Shown one piece after another: positions 19,615-33,036 of a DNA stretch of 64,000 nt. The position numbers were made by a program, and so were the translations under genes. Every line of letters starts with the position of its first letter. Positions within the stretch are counted from its first letter, which is position 1. The notes below the pieces were generated by a model. That model was not told the DNA's origin and searched no databases. It worked only from the letters and a program-made list of their open reading frames with translations. This DNA is from Armatimonadota bacterium (GTDB lineage Bacteria > Armatimonadota > HRBIN16), in the NCBI GenBank assembly GCA_963677485.1, contig OY781964.1:2976001-3040000 (forward strand), read 5' to 3'.

Positions 19615-20742
19615 TCAGTTGCTTCCTTGGGCTCCAAACGCGGTGTCAATCTGCACATAATCAAACAGATTGACGTACCCATCCATGTTGATATCGCAAA
19701 GCGGGTCAGTGTTACCGAAGTGTTTGTCCAGCTCCACGAAGTCGAACAGGTTGATCTGATTATCCCCATTGGTATCTCCGCGAATCAGGGAGATGTTCAC
19801 GGAGCTACTTGCTGTTGGGTTGATCGTCATTTTGGCGGTCAGGCAGCCCGGGGCTTGCACCAGCATCTCTACGGGTGCTGAGATGGGGGTGCTGAAGGAG
19901 AAGTCGCCCTGGTCATCAATAGTGACCGGTATTGTCTGCAGAGCTGTGTGGCTGACAGGGTCGCGCAGCACCGCCTGCATGTTCCTGACGCCAGCTCCAT
20001 AGGGCTTCTGAATGGCTGATATGGATATCTGCCCGCTATAGTTCACGTCGGCATCGTGAACGATGCTGATAGCGTCGACCTCAGGCGAATAACCCGCGAC
20101 GTTCAACGCCGGGGTAATGCGCACAAAGTCCACGTGATCAAGAACGACCGGCTGGCCGTTGGAGTCAACTGCCCAGTCGAGGTTGATGGCATCTCCACCA
20201 GCGGAACCGGGAGTGATTCCGTTGGTAAAGGGGTCACTTGGAATCCGAGGGTTGCCAGTGCCATCGGTCGGGGTGCAGTCGGCGTATCCCCAGATCGGAT
20301 TCTTCGTTCGGTCGATGGCTCCATAACTGTAAGTCGGATTCGAAGAACCTTTAATGCGATAGAACAGATCGCTGGCATCATATCCGTTACCATTCACATC
20401 AACTCCGACTTCAATAGTGCCAGGCTCCTGAAAGACATAGTTTACACTGCCGCCTTGATACATCGCATTTCCGAACACGATCAAGTCATACCCAGTGCCG
20501 TTTGGTATCTTTCTGTCAAAGCCCAGCGTCAACTGCCCACCGATTCCGATACTCACAACATCCGTGATTTCAGGCACCGATGGAGTGGCAACTATGGATG
20601 GAGCACCCAACGCCGTGGCAGAAATGATCCGTGCCGGGCTAGCCCCCTGTGTATAGGAGATGACGCGGGTGGCAAAGTCGGAACTCCAGCAATAACAACT
20701 GGTTCCCAAGAGAAGCATTATTACCGCTGTTGTGAGTTTCAT
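19615..20742 (-). CDS. Secreted BtuH-like (putative cobalamin-binding) surface protein with C-terminal Ig-like plus dockerin-like module
   Basis: VVSIGIGGQLTLGFD, DLIVFGNA, QEPG.IEV..DVNGNG, FY.IKGS, WGYAD, LDWAVDSNGQPVVLDHVDFVRI resemble the Bacteroides BtuH-type domain as I recall it. Tail GDTNGDNQINLFD..DINMDGYVNLFD. Confidence 0.7.
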   Translation of the reverse strand: MKLTTAVIMLLLGTSCYCWSSDFATRVISYTQGASPARIISATALGAPSIVATPSVPEITDVVSIGIGGQLTLGFDRKIPNGTGYDLIVFGNAMYQGGSVNYVFQEPGTIEVGVDVNGNGYDASDLFYRIKGSSNPTYSYGAIDRTKNPIWGYADCTPTDGTGNPRIPSDPFTNGITPGSAGGDAINLDWAVDSNGQPVVLDHVDFVRITPALNVAGYSPEVDAISIVHDADVNYSGQISISAIQKPYGAGVRNMQAVLRDPVSHTALQTIPVTIDDQGDFSFSTPISAPVEMLVQAPGCLTAKMTINPTASSSVNISLIRGDTNGDNQINLFDFVELDKHFGNTDPLCDINMDGYVNLFDYVQIDTAFGAQGSN

Positions 20743-20754
20743 TATCTTCGTTCC

Positions 20755-21738
20755 TTATATTCGGCTTTTGCGTTTTCGCGCAATCAAGCCGGTCATCCCC
20801 ATGGCAAGAAGAACCAGGGAGGCAGGTTCTGGCACGGGGCTGGCTTGCACGATGCTGCCGGCTGAGGTGTAGGTGCCGTTGATGAGGATTGATCCATCTC
20901 GCGCGTCCGTCAGGCCGTAACCATAGTCATAAGAAGCATCAAATAGACCCCATCGCGTAACGGAACCATTCGCGTACCGGGATACGGTGCTTCCTGTCGT
21001 GGCCAGAAGACTGCCGTCTGATAACCATAGGATACTGGAACAACCCGAACCTTCTCCATTGAGCAACGAAATGGTGTCCACCAAGGAGCCCGTATTGCTC
21101 AGCTTTAAGATATTGCCTGCATTACCGGCGAAGTTGGGGTCGTTGGTATCTCCAACGAAGATGTTTCCTAGATTATCGAGTGCGATTCCGCCAAGATACC
21201 CTGTGCCAAGACCGGTGGCTATTGCCGTGACGTTGCCGTTGTTCACCAGGCTTACCCCACCTGCACCAGGTGCGGAGGCATCGACCACATAGTATGATCC
21301 ATTCCCTGCATAGGCGATCTGTGCAGGTGAGGCCAATGCGTTCATGCTGGTGAGCGCGTTCAGTGTACTGGTGTTAAGTGAGTAGCTCCAAGCCGCGTTG
21401 GTATCGGAGTTTTCGGTGAAAGCCAGTGTGTTATCGTCGGCCCAGGTCAGTCCACCGAATGTACCAAAAGTCTGTCCCGACGGCGCGGCGATACGGGCAA
21501 CCTCAGTTCGTCCGCTGCCTACTTTGTCGTAAATGACTATAGTGCCGCCACCAGCGTAACTATCCTGTGCAAGGGCAAAAAGACCGCTTTGACTAACGGC
21601 CATTTCGGCACCCGTGATCCCAAGGTTGTTGATGGACCATCCTGGTGCGTTAAATCCCGCGGAAGATTGCGAGGGGAGTGATAGGGTAGACAGGGTCACC
21701 ATAGCCAGTATGGCCATGCCCAGTTTGCGGATCATCAT
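20755..21738 (-). CDS. PEP-CTERM sorting-domain protein with probable beta-propeller
   Basis: Signal peptide; repeated blade-like motifs (GLTWADDNTL, QIAYAGNGSY, GIALDNLGNI, ILWLSDGSL, GLTDARDGSI); VPEPASLVLLAMGMTGLIARKRK. Confidence 0.9.
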   Translation of the reverse strand: MMIRKLGMAILAMVTLSTLSLPSQSSAGFNAPGWSINNLGITGAEMAVSQSGLFALAQDSYAGGGTIVIYDKVGSGRTEVARIAAPSGQTFGTFGGLTWADDNTLAFTENSDTNAAWSYSLNTSTLNALTSMNALASPAQIAYAGNGSYYVVDASAPGAGGVSLVNNGNVTAIATGLGTGYLGGIALDNLGNIFVGDTNDPNFAGNAGNILKLSNTGSLVDTISLLNGEGSGCSSILWLSDGSLLATTGSTVSRYANGSVTRWGLFDASYDYGYGLTDARDGSILINGTYTSAGSIVQASPVPEPASLVLLAMGMTGLIARKRKSRI

Positions 21739-21807
21739 TCTGAAAGCTCTCCTAATAAGTGAGTAGATTTATACTTCGCTATCAGGCAGAGGGAGTGAAG
21801 GTGCCAT

Positions 21808-21841
21808 AAAACAAAAAATCCTGTCCTTTATTTGGACAGGG
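21808..21841 (-). terminator. Attenuator terminator (riboswitch expression platform)
   Basis: Minus strand CCTGTCC-AAATAAA-GGACAGG-ATTTTTTGTTTT, lying between the aptamer and the start codon. Confidence 0.8.
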
Positions 21842-21865
21842 TGTGTATGGTGATACCTATAACCA

Positions 21866-22016
21866 CACCCCTTTGCGCGAAGGGTTGATACTTGCTAACC
21901 TTAGGCTGGCGTTCGGACTTATCCGCACTAAGCGGCTTACCGTAGCGGCACTGCACCGGAATCTCACCGGATTTCCCCTACTGTCTCGTATGATAGAGAC
22001 AGACCTAAGGCTATTC
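21866..22016 (-). promoter_or_regulatory. Cobalamin (B12) riboswitch
   Basis: Minus strand CCTTAGGT..AGGGGAAATCCGGTGAGATTCCGGTGCAGTGCCGCTACGGTAA..AAGTCCGAACGCCAGCCTAAGG (B12-box, P1 closure), then a P13-like hairpin CCCTT-CGCGCA-AAGGG. Confidence 0.88.
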
Positions 22017-22034
22017 ATATTCAGTTGTCAATTA

Positions 22035-22063
22035 AGTTTATCCAAGCTGTGAGCTGATGTCAA
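22035..22063 (-). promoter_or_regulatory. Sigma70-type promoter upstream of the riboswitch
   Basis: TTGACA-17 bp-TAAACT on the minus strand. Confidence 0.7.
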
Positions 22064-22223
22064 ACCAATATGGCCATATTTCATGGTAGTCTCGTGTGGT
22101 ATATCCGTAGCGCCAAACGGGGTATTTGCCCTCTATCATGCCTGTTTTGGTTAAGGAAACGAAGGACGAGAGGCTGTGTCTGATGAATTTCGCCCAATTT
22201 CCAAAATTCGCATAAAGTGGGGC

Positions 22224-22252
22224 TTGACACGGGCATTTCTACATGGTATGAT
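22224..22252 (+). promoter_or_regulatory. rRNA operon promoter
   Basis: TTGACA-17 bp-TATGAT with an extended TG. Confidence 0.8.
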
Positions 22253-22427
22253 TATCTTTGCCGGAGCGAAACGGGGTAAGCCCCTCGAGCCGGTTGGGAC
22301 CTTGAAAACTAGGTGAAGCAGCGAACCAAACGTCAGTTGAAAGACTGACAAGAATGGTAATTCGGTTTTGAAGCTAATCGATCCACTAAAGTTGGAACTT
22401 AGCCCTGTAAAGGGATTAAGGATATTC

Positions 22428-23977
<1,550 letters not shown>

Positions 23978-24085
23978 GGAAGCGCCCCACTCTTCGGAGT
24001 GGTGAGCATCTCTCAGGTCGTCCGAGTTATTATTCTTTAGTTTTGGTTTAACAAGTTTCACCTAGTCTCCGCGGTCTCGCGGCGT

Positions 24086-24162
<77 letters not shown>

Positions 24163-24171
24163 CCCAAGTTT

Positions 24172-24247
24172 GGGGGATTAGCTCAGTTGGGAGAGCACCT
24201 GCTTTGCAAGCAGGGGGTCAGCGGTTCGAGCCCGCTATCCTCCACCA
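24172..24247 (+). tRNA. tRNA-Ala (TGC)
   Basis: GGGGGAT..TTTGCAA..GTTCGAG..ATCCTCCACCA with the G3:U70 pair. Confidence 0.98.
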
Positions 24248-24546
24248 AGATTTAGGTTTTGGTAGGTGGGTGGCAGGTAAGAAGAAATGCCGGGTTGCAA
24301 TCCGGCAAAGTTGTCACGAAAGTGGCGAGACGCACATTGAAAATCGCATAGGGTAGACATGGCATCTTTAAGTTAAGAAGCTATGGTTTAGGATGAATAA
24401 TCCAAAAATCAAAGCTAATTACTTGAAGCTACACATTTCACAAAACAAACAAGACAGTCACAGAAGGAAACTTCTGTAATGAATTCTATAGATGGTGGCA
24501 CATTGCAGTAATGTAGTGTGTTGCGCCTCTAAGGTATCGAAGCTCA

Positions 24547-27479
<2,933 letters not shown>

Positions 27480-27573
27480 TGAGCCCGATACTTTAAGGGC
27501 GCACACCGCCTATAGATAAGTTGTGTGAAATGCGGCCATGTCTACCCGATGCGATCTAATCGCGTCAAGGCTC

Positions 27574-27691
27574 TCCTGGTGATCACGGCGGAGGGGATAC
27601 ACTCGTTCCCATACCGAACACGACCGTTAAGCCCTCCAGCGCCGAAAGTACTTGGGGCGCAAGCCTCCGGGAGGATAGGACATCGCCAGGG
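27574..27691 (+). rRNA. rrf: 5S ribosomal RNA
   Basis: CCTGGTGATC..CCCATACCGAACAC..GTTAAG..CGCCAGG. Confidence 0.95.
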
Positions 27692-27700
27692 GTTTTCTTA

Positions 27701-27742
27701 CACACCCCCCGCAGCATCCGCTGCGGGGGGTGTTTGCTTTTT
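27701..27742 (+). terminator. rRNA operon terminator
   Basis: ACACCCCCCGCAGC/GCTGCGGGGGGTGT stem plus T-rich tail. Confidence 0.85.
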
Positions 27743-27856
27743 AGAGGAGACAGGAGGCAGGAGGAGAGGAGACAGGAGTCGGGAGGGGACGGAACCTCCG
27801 CGCCGGTTTTCCCTAACCGGGGCGGTGTCGTTCCGTGATCTTCAATTCAGAATGCG

Positions 27857-27966
27857 GGATGACCCTTGTGGTCATCCGCAAGCCTGCGATCGCTACAGAT
27901 ATGCATCGCAGGCGGGGTTACCGGCTGATGCCCACCAAGGTGTTCGGATGACCACAAGGGTCATCC
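27857..27966. repeat. REPIN-like doublet
   Basis: Perfect 22-bp inverted pair GGATGACCCTTGTGGTCATCCG (27857-27878 and 27945-27966), each arm itself palindromic. Confidence 0.85.
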
Positions 27967-28027
27967 ACTAATCCGGTGTCATATGATTAAATCGACACGG
28001 GTGCCTGCATCCTACACTGGCCTTCCT

Positions 28028-30154
28028 CTACCCTTCCTCGGCTTCCATGATAATGAACTCGCCATGGGTAAACATAGGCGCACCCAGCTCCAGCGAGTCG
28101 GAGTCAGGCTGGGAGCCGCCGACGAACACATCAATGGTATCGGCCTCAAGGAACCGCTCGCCGGTTTCATCCACCAGGGTCAGGCCCATGATAGGTGCAA
28201 ACAGCTTCACCTTCTCCTTTTCGCCTGGTTTGAGGTGAACACGGCCCATAGCCACAAGCTGCCTTCGGGGGCAGTCGACTGAGCTGAAGCGGTGCATGAT
28301 ATACATCTGCACCACTTCATCACCTGGGAGGTCACCAGTGTTAGTCACCGTGACAGTAGCGGACAAGCCAGCCTCGCTCTCCTCGAGAACCAGATCACTG
28401 TAGCTGAAGCTGGTGTAGCTCAAACCAAATCCGAACGGCCACTGGGGCGTACCGCGGAAATAGCGATAGGTGCGGTTCGCCATTGAGTAGTCCGAAAAGT
28501 CCGGCAGTTGCCCGGTGCTGGCGTAGAAGGTGACAGGTAGCCGACCGCTGGGGTTGGCCTTGCCGAAAATCACTTCTGCAATTGCCCGCCCGCCCATAGC
28601 ACCAGGATAGAAGCATTGCAAAACAGCTGATGCATCGGGGATACACTCAGGAAGCGCGACGGCACTTCCGCTGATGTTGACCACGACCACCGTTTTACCG
28701 ATTTCTACCAATTGCTTGAGCAGCTCCGATTGGCATGACGGCAGCTCGATGCACTCACGGTCGCCATTCGCGTCCGATCCGGCGGCATCACCCTCTTCGC
28801 CCTCCATGCTAGGGTTCAAACCGCAGGCGAATATGATGACATCGGAAGCTTTCGCAGTCTCCAGTGCGGCCTGCATCATTGCTGCGTCAGCCTCACCTGC
28901 ATGGGCGCATCCCGATGAGTGAAGCACCTTACTACTTTCAGCGAGCTGCATGATGCCTTCCAGAAGATTGACTGTCAGTGACGGCGTGCCATTGTAATTG
29001 CCCAGCAGAACCGTGTTGTCAGTGGCATTTGGCCCGATCACCGCGATGGTTTGCGGGCCGCTCTGTAGTGGAAGGGCGTGGTCGGTGTTCTTCAAAAGAA
29101 CAATGCTCTGTCGGGCCGCCTGGAGGTTCAACTGAGTGTGTTCTTCACACTCCACCACATCTATGCTGATCTTGGTGTAGGGGTGTGTTTGAGGTTCATC
29201 AAACAGACCCAGCTTCAGACGGGTCGTCAACAGCCGCATCAAGGCTTTGTCAATGTCAGCTTCGGAGATCAAGCCCATGATCACCGCATCCTGCACAGTG
29301 CAGAACTGCTCACCGCAGCAAAGATCGCAGCCCGCTATGATGGACATCGCACTTGCTGTTGGGGCATCTGGAGCCAGCCCGTGGTCATGGAAAATGTCGT
29401 TGATCGCCCAGCAGTCGGAGACCACATGCCCCTCAAAACCCCACAGCTCCCTCAGGGTCTGCTGCAGCAACGTGGGGCTGGCGCAGCAGGCTTCGCCGTT
29501 CACTCGATTGTAGGCACCCATCACTGCTTCCACTTTGGCCTCTTGAACCAGTGCACGGAAAGCAGGCAGATAGGTCTCCTCAAGTTGCTTTGGGCTGACC
29601 TCGGCATTGAACCCATGCCTCAGCGACTCTGGTCCGCTGTGAACCGCGAAGTGCTTTGCACAGGCTGCCGCTTTCAGCATCTTGGGGTCGTCGCCCTGAA
29701 GCCCTTTCACGAAGGCGACCCCCAACAGCGCGGTGAGGGTGGGGCATTCGCCGTAGGTCTCCTGACCTCGGCCCCAGCGAGGGTCGCGGAAGATATTGAT
29801 GTTAGGGGTCCAGAAGGTGAGCCCTTTGTAGATGGAGCGGTCGTTCATCGCAGCGGCCGCATGATGTTTCGCGCGGCCTTCATCCGAAATAGCGGTCGCC
29901 ACCCTCTGCAGCAGCTCAGGATTGAACGTAGCTGCGAGTCCGATGGCCTGCGGGAAGACGGTGGCATATCCGGCGCGTGCCACGCCATGCAGGCACTCGT
30001 TCCACCAGTTGTAGGCGGGGACGCTAAGCCGCTCTATGGCGGGAGACTCGTGGCATAGCTGCGAGACCTTCTCCGCGCGTTGCATCTCATCGAGCAGTGC
30101 CTGCGCGCGCTGTGGAATGGGAAGCGTGGTATCGAGCCATGGGTGCAGTGCCAT
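28028..30154 (-). CDS. GH3 beta-xylosidase/beta-glucosidase
   Basis: WWNECLHGVAR, NIFRDPRWGRGQETYGE, KHFAVH, VVSDCWAI, EGEEGD, PFGFGLSYT, Fn3-like C-terminus. Confidence 0.96.
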   Translation of the reverse strand: MALHPWLDTTLPIPQRAQALLDEMQRAEKVSQLCHESPAIERLSVPAYNWWNECLHGVARAGYATVFPQAIGLAATFNPELLQRVATAISDEGRAKHHAAAAMNDRSIYKGLTFWTPNINIFRDPRWGRGQETYGECPTLTALLGVAFVKGLQGDDPKMLKAAACAKHFAVHSGPESLRHGFNAEVSPKQLEETYLPAFRALVQEAKVEAVMGAYNRVNGEACCASPTLLQQTLRELWGFEGHVVSDCWAINDIFHDHGLAPDAPTASAMSIIAGCDLCCGEQFCTVQDAVIMGLISEADIDKALMRLLTTRLKLGLFDEPQTHPYTKISIDVVECEEHTQLNLQAARQSIVLLKNTDHALPLQSGPQTIAVIGPNATDNTVLLGNYNGTPSLTVNLLEGIMQLAESSKVLHSSGCAHAGEADAAMMQAALETAKASDVIIFACGLNPSMEGEEGDAAGSDANGDRECIELPSCQSELLKQLVEIGKTVVVVNISGSAVALPECIPDASAVLQCFYPGAMGGRAIAEVIFGKANPSGRLPVTFYASTGQLPDFSDYSMANRTYRYFRGTPQWPFGFGLSYTSFSYSDLVLEESEAGLSATVTVTNTGDLPGDEVVQMYIMHRFSSVDCPRRQLVAMGRVHLKPGEKEKVKLFAPIMGLTLVDETGERFLEADTIDVFVGGSQPDSDSLELGAPMFTHGEFIIMEAEEG

Positions 30155-30463
30155 TTTGTGCCTCGCGAAGTTAGTTTACTATTGGTATTATACGAAACGG
30201 AGATCGCTTGGTATAGTTCGGCAGATATCCACTGATTTCGCAGAATGATAGCCGTTACGGGTTTTGTAATACGAGCATGTCTGGACGATGCACGTTGGTC
30301 ATACCTGTTGACAGATTTCGACGATCACCATTTAGTGACGACACACAACCAGTCTGTGCAGATCTGCGAAATCTGTGGATTAATGGTAAAGTGGTTTTGA
30401 TACAATAGGTGGCTAAAGTGCTAGCTTGTCGTCACTGTGTCAACACCTGTTTTGAGGATATAC

Positions 30464-32980
30464 ATGCGTCATTCGATTGCACTACAAGTCGCCGTAGTCA
30501 TCGCTGCCTTCTTCGGATGGATATACATCTGCGGCCACAGCTGTATGGCGGATGTATCGTCAAGTTCAGAGCAATCAATCGCAGATGGGGGTAAGCGCGT
30601 CATGGCTGATCAGAATACCAATGTGAGCTTTACCACAAACCTAGATGGCTGGCATGGCCTGAATGGCACTTGGAGCGTTGATGGTGGCGGCTATCGCGGC
30701 TCTGGCGGCGGTGACAACTGGGCGATCTGCGACAAGAAGCTTAGCGGTTACATTGCCTTTGTCTACGAGGCGGACGTGCAGATAGCGAAAGATCAGTTCG
30801 CCGCCGGTGTGATATTCGGCGTGCAAGACCCGACCAACGCGTCTGGCCGTCCTGCCAGATGGTATTGCATGAACGTGGTGCCCAAGTCGAATGTCACCAA
30901 TGTATTTACCCAGCTCCACGGCGCTACGGAATGGAATGAGAGCCGGGCGCTGACCGAAACGGAGCGACAGACTGACCGCTATCATTTCCGCATCGAGCAC
31001 CTGGGCAACAGACAAGCTAATTTCTACCTGAACGGGACACTGGTGGTCAGCCGAGAGCTGCCGAACTACGCCGGTGGGTATTTCGGCTTAATGATATATG
31101 AAGCCAGCGCGAGCTTTACCAATGTAAATGCCATGGTGGTCACCCCGCCTAAACTGAACGGGCTGGAGCTGATCGGCGCGGAACTCGACAAGCCGTTTGA
31201 TCCCGCAGTTCATACCTATTGGGTCCATCTTCCCAACAAAGTGAAATCTGTGAAGCTCAAGGGTGTTGCGGTAGACGCATTTACACTGCAGGTTGATAAG
31301 CAGGATGTGCAGTGTGGACAACCCGCTGTGGTAGAGCTGGTAGATGGCCATAATCCGATAAGCGTGAAGGTTGGCGAACCGAAATCGGGGCTGTCTGATA
31401 CCTATACTATAAATATTGTGCGTGAACCAGATCCAAAAAAAGTGTATCGCGAAGCCAGCCGGCCACAGTTGCATTTCACCCCCTATATGTTTCAGATGAA
31501 TGACCCCAACGGGCTGGTCTACAATGAAGCGACCAAAGAGTATCACCTATACTTCCAGTGCAACCGGCCGTTTGACACCGGTCTATCGGGGCTGCCCGGA
31601 TCCGGCACCACGAGCTGGGGCCATGCGGTATCGAAAGACCTGATGAACTGGCAGGAGTGGCCGCTCGCGCTGACGCCAGATAAGTTGGGCACGATCTGGA
31701 GCGGTTCCTGCGTGGTGGACCGCGAAAACAGCTCGGGCTTTTTCGATGCCAGCACCCCTCCAGGGGCGCGGCTGGTGGCCTTTTATACCAATGCTGGCGG
31801 TGACATGGCATACGGATTTGGCAAGGAGAGCATGGCCTACTCGAAGGACGGCGGGTACACATGGACCAAATACCCAGGAAATCCTGTGGTGCGAAACCCG
31901 GGGGATATCTACGGCGGTGGTCTGCGCGATCCAAAGGTGATCTGGTATGCTGACCCGTCGATGCCCGGAGGCGGCATCTGGGTGATGGTGACCGCGATCG
32001 ACTCGCACATGTTCACATCACACAACCTGGTAGACTGGTCGCATTCCGGTCCGTTGCTGGATAATGACGGCAAGGCGTTCGAGGCCGAGTGTCCGGATCT
32101 GTTCCCGCTGGCGGTCGACGGTGACCCTGGCAATATCAAATGGGTGTTCAGTGCTGCCGGGGTGTTCTACCTCATCGGGCATATGGACAAAACCGGTGGC
32201 GATAAGCTGATGTTTGTGCCTGAGACGGACAAAATCGAGCCTCTGAAGGGCGTATACGACATCGTACACAAGATACCGGTGGGTGAACCCTACGCTTTAC
32301 AGACCTTCTTTAATGACCCGCTTGGACGGCGCATTTCGATCGCATGGCTTCGTGACAAGTATATGAAGTGGAAGGACAAAAACTGGGAGAGTGCCCTGTC
32401 CCTTCCCCTGGAGATGAAGCTGCGCACGATCAACGGGAAACTCCACATGACGCAGTATCCGGTCCGCGAGCTGAACAAGCAGCGCGATGGTAAGCCGATC
32501 CTCAGCCTGCGGAATAAGGCGGTAGATGCTGGCAGCGCGAATATTCTCGGCGGTATGAATACCACGCTGGCTGATATCGAGGCCACGATCACACTCGGAA
32601 CCGCCACGGAAGTCGGCTTCAAACTGCGTGTTGGTGAAGCCGCTGGTGGTCAAGAGGTTCTGGTCAAGTATGACAGGAAGCAAAACCGACTGATCGTGGA
32701 TAAATCGAAGACCGACCCGGGGTTCGTGCCCCTCTATTCGCCAGAGATGGGCACACTCGATGGCAACAAGATCAAACTGAGGATCATTTTGGATCAGACA
32801 TGCATCGATGTGTTCGGCAATGATGGAGAAGCGTTCGTCTCAGGTCTACTCTATTCGGAATTCAAGAACACCGGCATGGAGTTCTACGTGAACGGCACCG
32901 CCAGCATCGATTCGCTGGATATCTACAAAATGAAGAAAATGAAGCGCAAAATGCCTGTGCGAGAAATGCTAGCTAAATAG
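30464..32980 (+). CDS. GH32 levanase/beta-fructosidase with N-terminal CBM66-like and cadherin-like domains
   Basis: MNDPNG, WGHAVS, RDPKV, ECPDLF. N-terminal FTTNLDGW..NGTW..YEAD..GYFGL resembles the CBM66 of Bacillus SacC. GAGGA RBS. Confidence 0.92.
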   Translation: MRHSIALQVAVVIAAFFGWIYICGHSCMADVSSSSEQSIADGGKRVMADQNTNVSFTTNLDGWHGLNGTWSVDGGGYRGSGGGDNWAICDKKLSGYIAFVYEADVQIAKDQFAAGVIFGVQDPTNASGRPARWYCMNVVPKSNVTNVFTQLHGATEWNESRALTETERQTDRYHFRIEHLGNRQANFYLNGTLVVSRELPNYAGGYFGLMIYEASASFTNVNAMVVTPPKLNGLELIGAELDKPFDPAVHTYWVHLPNKVKSVKLKGVAVDAFTLQVDKQDVQCGQPAVVELVDGHNPISVKVGEPKSGLSDTYTINIVREPDPKKVYREASRPQLHFTPYMFQMNDPNGLVYNEATKEYHLYFQCNRPFDTGLSGLPGSGTTSWGHAVSKDLMNWQEWPLALTPDKLGTIWSGSCVVDRENSSGFFDASTPPGARLVAFYTNAGGDMAYGFGKESMAYSKDGGYTWTKYPGNPVVRNPGDIYGGGLRDPKVIWYADPSMPGGGIWVMVTAIDSHMFTSHNLVDWSHSGPLLDNDGKAFEAECPDLFPLAVDGDPGNIKWVFSAAGVFYLIGHMDKTGGDKLMFVPETDKIEPLKGVYDIVHKIPVGEPYALQTFFNDPLGRRISIAWLRDKYMKWKDKNWESALSLPLEMKLRTINGKLHMTQYPVRELNKQRDGKPILSLRNKAVDAGSANILGGMNTTLADIEATITLGTATEVGFKLRVGEAAGGQEVLVKYDRKQNRLIVDKSKTDPGFVPLYSPEMGTLDGNKIKLRIILDQTCIDVFGNDGEAFVSGLLYSEFKNTGMEFYVNGTASIDSLDIYKMKKMKRKMPVREMLAK

Positions 32981-33036
32981 CCTTTCGGACTACACTATCA
33001 TTAATAATATCGCGAGAGACATACTCAGGAGATAAC

